NCBI GenBank assembly: GCA_903851045.1
Contig: CAINNF010000023.1
Coordinates: forward strand, 202 to 64,201
Reading direction: 5' to 3'
Length of the DNA: 64,000 nucleotides
DNA from: Candidatus Adlerbacteria bacterium
GTDB taxonomy: Bacteria; Patescibacteriota; Minisyncoccia; Phycocordibacterales; SBAW01
In this document: positions 57,870 to 64,000 of the stretch, one piece after another
Numbering within the stretch: position 1 is the stretch's first letter
Layout of the letters: each line of letters starts with the position of its first letter
Translations under genes and position numbers: made by a program
The notes under the pieces: model-generated
The model's input: the letters and a program-made list of their open reading frames with translations, nothing else
What the model was told of the DNA's origin: nothing
Database searches by the model: none

Positions 57870-59081
57870 TTAACGGATCGCTTTGGCAACCGTCTCGGCA
57901 ACACCCTTGTCGAAGGGGCCGGGGATGACCTTGTCTGCCGAAGGCCCTTTCACGAGCGCGGCAAGGTTGCGAGCAGCCCTGAGCTTCATCTCGTCGGTTA
58001 TCTTGGTGACCTTGTGGTCGAGCGCCCCGCGGAATATGCCGGGGAATGCGAGCGAGTTGTTGATCTGGTTGGGGTAGTCGGAGCGTCCGGTCGCTATGAC
58101 CGCCGCACCTCCCCTCTTTGCTTCTTCTGGCGTGATCTCGGGAGTCGGGTTGGCGAGCGCAAAGACGATCGGCTTGTCTGCCATCAATCTGACATGTCCA
58201 GAATGCATGAGCCCTGGGCCAGAGACGCCGATGATAGCGTCGGCCTCGTGCAACGCCTCGTTCAGACCCCCTTCGACGCTCAGCGGGTTGGTGAGCGTGG
58301 CGAGCTCTTGTTTGTGGAGCGTGAGGTCGGTACGCTTTTTGGAAATGATGCCTTTGCTGTCGAGTACGATGATGTCTCGGATACCGGACAGCAAGAGGAG
58401 CTTCGCTATCGCGGTGCCTGCGGCACCGGCACCCGATATGACGACGCGCATCTTCTTGAAGTCGCGTTTGGTGACCTTAGCCGCGTTGATAAGCGCCGCG
58501 AGCGAGACGATAGCGGTGCCATGCTGGTCGTCGTGCATGACCGGGATGTCGAGCGCTGCCTTCACTCGCTCCTCTATCTCGAAGCAGTTGGGCGCCGCGA
58601 AATCTTCGAGATTGATACCGCCGAACGCGGGCGCGATGCGCACGATCGTCTCGACGACCCGGTCGACGTAATTGGCGCCCGCCTGGGTCGACATATCCAG
58701 CACGATCGGGAACGCGTCGACGTCGGCGAACGACTTAAAGAGCGCCGCCTTCCCTTCCATCACCGGGAGCGCACCATAGGGGCCGATGTTGCCAAGCCCC
58801 AACACGGCGGTGCCGTCGGAGATGACCGCGACCATCCTTTTTTTGATCGTATATTCTTTGGCGGCCTTTCTTTGCTGCTCGACAGGCTGCGGCACGCGCG
58901 CCGTACCCGCGATGAGCGTCGAGACGGCAGCGACACCCGGTGTATACACGAGACTCAGGTCGGCGCGGTTCTTCACTGGTGCCGCTGGCGTGATACGGAT
59001 CTTCCCCCCAAGCTTCTTGTGCAGGGCGATAGCCTTCTTGGTAACATCGGGAGCTTTGCTGGTTTTGGTAGTTTTTTTCAT
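57870..59081 (-). CDS. NAD(P)-dependent malic enzyme
   Basis: YTPGVA, SDGTAVLGLGNIG, MEGKAALFK, HDDQHGTA, GAGAAG, ALANPTPE, TGRSDYPNQINN. Confidence 0.95.
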   Translation of the reverse strand: MKKTTKTSKAPDVTKKAIALHKKLGGKIRITPAAPVKNRADLSLVYTPGVAAVSTLIAGTARVPQPVEQQRKAAKEYTIKKRMVAVISDGTAVLGLGNIGPYGALPVMEGKAALFKSFADVDAFPIVLDMSTQAGANYVDRVVETIVRIAPAFGGINLEDFAAPNCFEIEERVKAALDIPVMHDDQHGTAIVSLAALINAAKVTKRDFKKMRVVISGAGAAGTAIAKLLLLSGIRDIIVLDSKGIISKKRTDLTLHKQELATLTNPLSVEGGLNEALHEADAIIGVSGPGLMHSGHVRLMADKPIVFALANPTPEITPEEAKRGGAAVIATGRSDYPNQINNSLAFPGIFRGALDHKVTKITDEMKLRAARNLAALVKGPSADKVIPGPFDKGVAETVAKAIR

Positions 59082-59132
59082 GCTCTCTAGTGTACCAGAT
59101 GCACGCGGGCTGGGAATTGGTATCATGACACG

Positions 59133-61415
59133 ATGCACCTGACCGACCCGCTGACCACACACTTTCGGCTCGCGGAGACGCAGCGTTCGGCAATGGCGAA
59201 GCTTGGGGTGATGACCGTGCGTGAGCTGCTCTTCCACTTCCCCTTCCGCTATGACACCGGGGGTGCGGAGTCGAGCATCGCGGGGCTTGTGGCGGGTATG
59301 GATGCGACCATCGTCGGCACTATCGAGAAGCTCGAGACCAAGAAGTCGTGGAAGCGAAAGATCCCGATCTCCGAAGGTGTGCTGCGTGACACGTCGGGAA
59401 AGATTAAGATGATGTTCTTCAACCAGCCGTACATCGCCCGAATGTGGGCTGAGGGGACACGCGTGCAGGCGACGGGAAAGGTCGCGGGCAAGGGGGACAA
59501 GATATATTTAGCGAATCCGCAGCTGCAGAGAATTTCGATCGTTGAAGAAAATCTATTCAAGGCCCAACACGAACATGGGGTGGAGAAGTCTATCGACCTG
59601 GAGACGCAGGAATATCCTTCAAAAAAGTCCTCGGGCCGCCTCAGCGTCCAGGGCGACGCTGTAGGCTTCCAGACTTTTTCTCAGGACATTCCTGAGTCTC
59701 CAGGATTGTTCGCGGTGTATCCAGAGAGCCGCGGGGTGTCGTCGCTGTGGTTTCGGCATGCGATAGCGAAAGTGTTAACACCAGAGACCATCGAGCAGGT
59801 CGAGGACCCTATCCCGCTCGAGCTGCTCAAGCGCTACAATCTGCCCACACTGCGCACGGCGCTCGTGTGGATGCATACACCCGAGAAGTTGAAGGAGGCC
59901 GAGGCCGCGCGCAAGCGCTTCGCCTTCGAGGAGATATTTCTTATCCAGCTCCAGCGTCAGCAGGAGCGCAGGCTCCAGTCGCATGAGAAGAGTTTTGTGA
60001 TCGATGTGCCTAAAAAACAGGTCGAAGGGTTCATGTCGACGTTCCCCTTCACCGCTACTCCGGCACAGATGCACGCGGTTGGCGCGATACTCGGTGACAT
60101 GCGCACCGGGGCGCCGATGTCACGGCTGTTGGAGGGCGACGTCGGCTCTGGCAAGACCGCGGTCGCGGCGACCGCCGCGTATGTCGTCGTGAATACGCGA
60201 CCGACACAGGAGGCAGGCACGCTCACACAAGCAGGCACCCTACAGGTCGCCTATATGGCACCGACAGAGATCTTGGCCAAACAACACTTCGAGTCGTTCA
60301 TACACTATTTCGAGACTGCGCCTATCAACATCGGCCTTATCACGGGCAGCGGATGTTTTAAGTTCCCGTCAAAGGTCGGGAAGGGGCAGTCGACGACCAT
60401 TTCGCGCGCACAGCTACTTAAGTGGGTAGCGAATGGTGAGATCCCGATACTGATAGGCACCCACGCTCTCATCGAGAAGTCGGTGCAGTTCAAACATCTC
60501 GCGCTCGTGGTGATAGACGAGCAACATCGCTTTGGTACCAACCAGCGTCGCACGCTCGCACACAAACACGACCGACTCCCCCACCTCTTGTCGATGACCG
60601 CGACCCCGATCCCGCGTACGCTCGCGCTCACGGTGTACGGCGACCTCGACCTGACATTGCTCGACCAGATGCCGCCGGGGCGCAAGCCGATCATCACCGA
60701 GATAGTGAAGCCGGATGAGCGCCCAAAAGCATATGCAAAAATGCGCGAGCAGCTCGCGGCAGGTCGGCAGGCGTACGTCATTTGTCCACGAATAGAGGAG
60801 CCTGATCCTGAGAAGGCGTTCGCGCTCATGGCGAAGTCGGTGACCGCGGAGGCGAAGCGGCTCAAGAAGGAGGTCTTTCAGGAATACTCGATTGAGATCC
60901 TCCACAGCAAGATGACGCCGAAGGAGAAGGAGGATACGATGGCGCGATTCTCCAATCACGAGATCGATATACTCGTCGCCACCTCGGTCGTCGAGGTGGG
61001 CGTGAACGTCCCGAACGCGACCATAATCTTTATCGAGGGTGCCGAGCGGTTCGGTCTCGCACAGCTCCATCAACTACGTGGGCGCGTCGTGCGCAGTAAC
61101 CACCAAGCATACTGCTTCGTGTGCCCCGAGACGCGCGGCGAGGCGACCATGACACGACTCAAGGCGCTCGTCACCGCCAAGAACGGATTCGAACTCGCGG
61201 AGAAAGACCTGCTGCAACGAGGCGCAGGCGAACTCGCGGGGCGCAAGCAGTGGGGCATTTCCGACATTGGCATGGATGCGCTGAAGAATTTGAAACTCGT
61301 CGAAGCGGCACGCACAGAAGCACTCCAGCTCATTGATCAGGACGAACATCTCTCGAGGTATCCCCTGCTTCGCGAAGCGATCCACGAGCGTGCAAAGTCA
61401 CTTCATTTTGAATAG
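59133..61415 (+). CDS. recG: ATP-dependent DNA helicase RecG
   Basis: GDVGSGKT, DEQHRFG, MTATPIPR, EVGVNVPNA, AERFGLAQLHQLRGRV. Confidence 0.96.
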   Translation: MHLTDPLTTHFRLAETQRSAMAKLGVMTVRELLFHFPFRYDTGGAESSIAGLVAGMDATIVGTIEKLETKKSWKRKIPISEGVLRDTSGKIKMMFFNQPYIARMWAEGTRVQATGKVAGKGDKIYLANPQLQRISIVEENLFKAQHEHGVEKSIDLETQEYPSKKSSGRLSVQGDAVGFQTFSQDIPESPGLFAVYPESRGVSSLWFRHAIAKVLTPETIEQVEDPIPLELLKRYNLPTLRTALVWMHTPEKLKEAEAARKRFAFEEIFLIQLQRQQERRLQSHEKSFVIDVPKKQVEGFMSTFPFTATPAQMHAVGAILGDMRTGAPMSRLLEGDVGSGKTAVAATAAYVVVNTRPTQEAGTLTQAGTLQVAYMAPTEILAKQHFESFIHYFETAPINIGLITGSGCFKFPSKVGKGQSTTISRAQLLKWVANGEIPILIGTHALIEKSVQFKHLALVVIDEQHRFGTNQRRTLAHKHDRLPHLLSMTATPIPRTLALTVYGDLDLTLLDQMPPGRKPIITEIVKPDERPKAYAKMREQLAAGRQAYVICPRIEEPDPEKAFALMAKSVTAEAKRLKKEVFQEYSIEILHSKMTPKEKEDTMARFSNHEIDILVATSVVEVGVNVPNATIIFIEGAERFGLAQLHQLRGRVVRSNHQAYCFVCPETRGEATMTRLKALVTAKNGFELAEKDLLQRGAGELAGRKQWGISDIGMDALKNLKLVEAARTEALQLIDQDEHLSRYPLLREAIHERAKSLHFE
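59597..59704. repeat. 108-bp in-frame palindromic insertion within recG
   Basis: CCTGGAGACGCAGGAATATCCT..AAAAAGTC / GACTTTTT..AGGACATTCCTGAGTCTCCAGG. Confidence 0.75.
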
Positions 61416-61447
61416 ATTCTGAGCTATAGTGGCTACGAGTTCCCAGC

Positions 61448-61519
61448 GGGCGCGTAGCTCAGCGGTAGAGCCGTCGTCTTATACACGACTGGTCGAAGGT
61501 TCGATCCCTTCCGCGCCCA
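61448..61519 (+). tRNA. tRNA-Ile (TAT)
   Basis: GGGCGCG/CGCGCCC-A73; GTCGT-CTTATAC-ACGAC; GAAGG-TTCGATC-CCTTC. Confidence 0.88.
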
Positions 61520-61584
61520 CTTTTTTATCCGACCTCTTTCGTGGTACTGTCAGTTGGGTTCTTTCGATAGAAAGGTTCGAACCG

Positions 61585-62568
61585 ATGCACACTCGACACG
61601 TCGTCAGCGCCAGAGACTTGGGACTCGGTTTTTGTCGTGAGCTCTTCAAGCGCGCTGATGAATATCGAACTCGCCTCGACCGCGACCCGACCTCGTGTAT
61701 CACAGACCTGAGCGGCCGTGTGGCGTTGCTCTGGTTCAGACAACCGTCGACACGCACGCTCGTCTCGTTCGAGATGGCCGCCGTGCGACTGGGGATGAGC
61801 GTGGTCCAGGTCATCGACCCGCAGTTCTCGTCCGAATACAAAGGAGAGTCCGAGGACCACAGCATGCGCACGGTCGCAGGTTACCGACCCGATGCGTTGA
61901 TCATCAGACACAACCAAGAGGGCGGGGTCGCCCGAGCGGCTGCATCCGCTGCGCGAGCGTTCGGCGGACCGGTACCGGTCATCAACGCGGGTGACGGCAA
62001 GGGCGAACACCCGACCCAAGCACTGATCGACGTCTACACGCTCCTGCAGCTGTGGAACAACGGTACGCAGCAGGACCTGTCGGGTGCACACATCGCTATC
62101 GGCGGAGACCTCCAGGGACGAGTCCCTCGTTCGCTCGCGTTCTTGCTTGCCGACTACGGGCCGGAGATCACCTTCATCTCCGCACCCGAGCTTCGTGTCG
62201 GAGAGGACGTGAAGGAGTACCTGCGTACCCGGGACATTTCGTTCACCGAAGAGACCGAGATCGACGGCACGCTCCAGAGAGCGCACTTTTGGTACTGGAC
62301 GCGCACTCAGAACGACCAACGAACCGATAAAGAGAAGGCTCGACTCGCACATGTCGACCCCCGCAGCATGCAGCTGCGGCTGTCGCATGTCCGCGGGATG
62401 CGTAAGGGCGCAAAGATTCTGCACCCGATGCCGATCAACCGCAAGCCAGGCGACGTCAGCGAGATCGAACCAGCGATTGACGATATCGACACGGCAGCCT
62501 ACTGGCAGCAATCGGCGAACGGTCTTTATGTCCGCATGGCAGTGTTGCAGACCCTGTGCTCCCCGTAA
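61585..62568 (+). CDS. pyrB: Aspartate carbamoyltransferase catalytic subunit (divergent)
   Basis: PSTRTLVSF, KGES, INAGDGKGEHPTQAL, TR.Q, LHPMP. Confidence 0.85.
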   Translation: MHTRHVVSARDLGLGFCRELFKRADEYRTRLDRDPTSCITDLSGRVALLWFRQPSTRTLVSFEMAAVRLGMSVVQVIDPQFSSEYKGESEDHSMRTVAGYRPDALIIRHNQEGGVARAAASAARAFGGPVPVINAGDGKGEHPTQALIDVYTLLQLWNNGTQQDLSGAHIAIGGDLQGRVPRSLAFLLADYGPEITFISAPELRVGEDVKEYLRTRDISFTEETEIDGTLQRAHFWYWTRTQNDQRTDKEKARLAHVDPRSMQLRLSHVRGMRKGAKILHPMPINRKPGDVSEIEPAIDDIDTAAYWQQSANGLYVRMAVLQTLCSP

Positions 62569-62573
62569 CGCAT

Positions 62574-62603
62574 ATCCGCGCCCCACTTGGGCGCGGATCT
62601 TTT
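62574..62603 (+). terminator. Intrinsic terminator
   Basis: ATCCGCGCCC-CACTT-GGGCGCGGAT-CTTTT. Confidence 0.7.
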
Positions 62604-62624
62604 ATACAGAAAAGACTCTCGGGG

Positions 62625-62897
62625 TTACCGAGAGTCGAAGGGTTGCAGCTCTATCCCTGGCACCAGCGTGACTTGGTCGCACCACACCTGGAACCCGAGC
62701 AGTTCGTTATTGGGTCCGACGATAGCCATTACGCCAGGTATGACCGTCGGATACGTCACACCACCATCCCCCACGCGGACCTCTGCCACGCCAAGATGTG
62801 GAGGGAACCAGCTACTGGGCACGAACCCAAGCGTACCCTCGGGAAGAGGTGCGCCAAGGTTCTCACAGAGTTCAGCCAAAGACGGTAGCTTGGGCAT
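62625..62897 (-). CDS. Small hypothetical protein
   Basis: AGGAG RBS before ATG; downstream of ftsH. Confidence 0.45.
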   Translation of the reverse strand: MPKLPSLAELCENLGAPLPEGTLGFVPSSWFPPHLGVAEVRVGDGGVTYPTVIPGVMAIVGPNNELLGFQVWCDQVTLVPGIELQPFDSR

Positions 62898-62948
62898 CGA
62901 AAGCTCCTATATCTTGTGTGCCTCTAAAGTCGCAGTGTAGCACGAGTC

Positions 62949-64000
62949 CTAAAAATTCACGACTCCGGGTTTCGTATCGAACTCTTGTTTCTTTTTTGGT
63001 TGGACGCCGTGGATGATGAGGAGCTGTTCGAACTCATCGCGCTCGATAGTCTCTACCTCGACCAGCCGTCCTGCTATAGCGTCGAGCAGGTCGCGATACT
63101 CGGTGATGATGGTCTCGGCCTTCTTGTACGCGTGGTCGATGATCTTCTTTACTTCGGTATCTATCTCGCCAGAAATCTTCTCTGAGTGGGCGCCGTCGAC
63201 ACCGCTGCCGAACATCGCCCGCCCACCGTCGCCTGCGAGCGCTATCGTGCCGACCTTGTCGGACATGCCGTAGCGCGTCACCATGTCGCGCGCGAGCGCG
63301 GTCAGTACCTGGAGGTCGTTGGACGGACCGGTCGTCACGTCACCAAAGACCTCCTTCTCGGCCACGTAGCCGCCGAGCGACATCGCGATGTCATCAAGGA
63401 ACTCTTTCTTGCTCTGCATACGCTTGTCTTCGAACGGGAGCTTGAGCGTGTACCCCGCCGCGCGACCGCGACTGATGATAGAAATTTTATGCACCGGGTC
63501 GGCATACGGTAACAAAGAGGCGACAATCGCATGACCCGCTTCGTGGTAGGCGGTAATCTCCTTCTCCTTCAAGTTCAACACATGGGACTTACGCTCGGGC
63601 CCGAGCATCACCTTCTCGATCGAGCGGATAAGGTCGAACTGCGCGACGGACTTGCGATTCTCACGCGCAGCGAGGATGGCGGCTTCGTTCATGAGGTTGG
63701 CGAGGTCCGCACCGGAGAACCCTGGCGTGCGCTCGGCTATGACGGCCAAGTTCACATCTTCGGCGAGCGGCTTCTTGCGTGCATGGATAGCGAGGATGTC
63801 GAGGCGGTCGCCACGGTCGGGCAGGTCGATGACCACGCGGCGGTCGAAGCGACCCGGGCGCACGAGTGCAGGGTCGAGCACATCGGGGCGGTTGGTCGCC
63901 GCCATGACTATGACCTTCTCGTTGGGTTCGAAGCCGTCCATCTCGACGAGGATCTGGTTGAGCGTCTGTTCGCGCTCGTCGTTACCGCCACCCACGCCGG
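62949..64000 (-). CDS. ftsH: FtsH protease, C-terminal part (5' end outside the window)
   Basis: [41 protein letters not shown]. Confidence 0.97.
   Translation of the reverse strand, partial: GVGGGNDEREQTLNQILVEMDGFEPNEKVIVMAATNRPDVLDPALVRPGRFDRRVVIDLPDRGDRLDILAIHARKKPLAEDVNLAVIAERTPGFSGADLANLMNEAAILAARENRKSVAQFDLIRSIEKVMLGPERKSHVLNLKEKEITAYHEAGHAIVASLLPYADPVHKISIISRGRAAGYTLKLPFEDKRMQSKKEFLDDIAMSLGGYVAEKEVFGDVTTGPSNDLQVLTALARDMVTRYGMSDKVGTIALAGDGGRAMFGSGVDGAHSEKISGEIDTEVKKIIDHAYKKAETIITEYRDLLDAIAGRLVEVETIERDEFEQLLIIHGVQPKKKQEFDTKPGVVNF

Noticed and set aside
60213-60246. Short duplication AGTLTQAGTLQ in RecG
   Set aside because: A trivial local duplication in a variable loop
61429-61584. 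N-terminal extension of pyrB
   Set aside because: Runs through the tRNA-Ile gene

Overview
Chromosomal segment of a reduced-genome bacterium, most likely Candidate Phyla Radiation/Patescibacteria (Parcubacteria-like). This is inferred from the large type IV pilus cluster with pilM divergent from comF, TrmB-family regulators, an ECF sigma with a DUF5667-like partner, a membrane-anchored Clp ATPase, tRNA-Ile(TAT) and tRNAs without encoded CCA; standard code with TGA as stop. Core genes: gatA, gatC, ligA, pil cluster, comF, malic enzyme, recG, pyrB-like, ftsH (partial) and four tRNAs. Two accessory loci stand out. (1) 35.4-44.5 kb: a PP2C / Ser-Thr kinase / nicotinamidase / vWA / PncB run converging on nrtR and two TRPM-type SLOG genes, with matching NrtR-type operators at the kinase-operon and nrtR promoters; this suggests an ADP-ribose-sensing NAD-salvage plus phosphosignalling system. 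(2) 53.7-57.8 kb: a minus-strand, structured-RNA-dense locus with three copies of a 75-85 nt two-hairpin element, a ~465 nt closed structured segment, a ~1 kb hairpin-rich leader, complementary ends and small orphan genes. Also noted: a rare tRNA-Ser(ACT), an antisense ncRNA candidate 3' of DUF3800, an adhesin inserted between pilM and pilN, and an in-frame 108 bp palindrome in recG. All assignments are by eye from motifs; no database searches were run.
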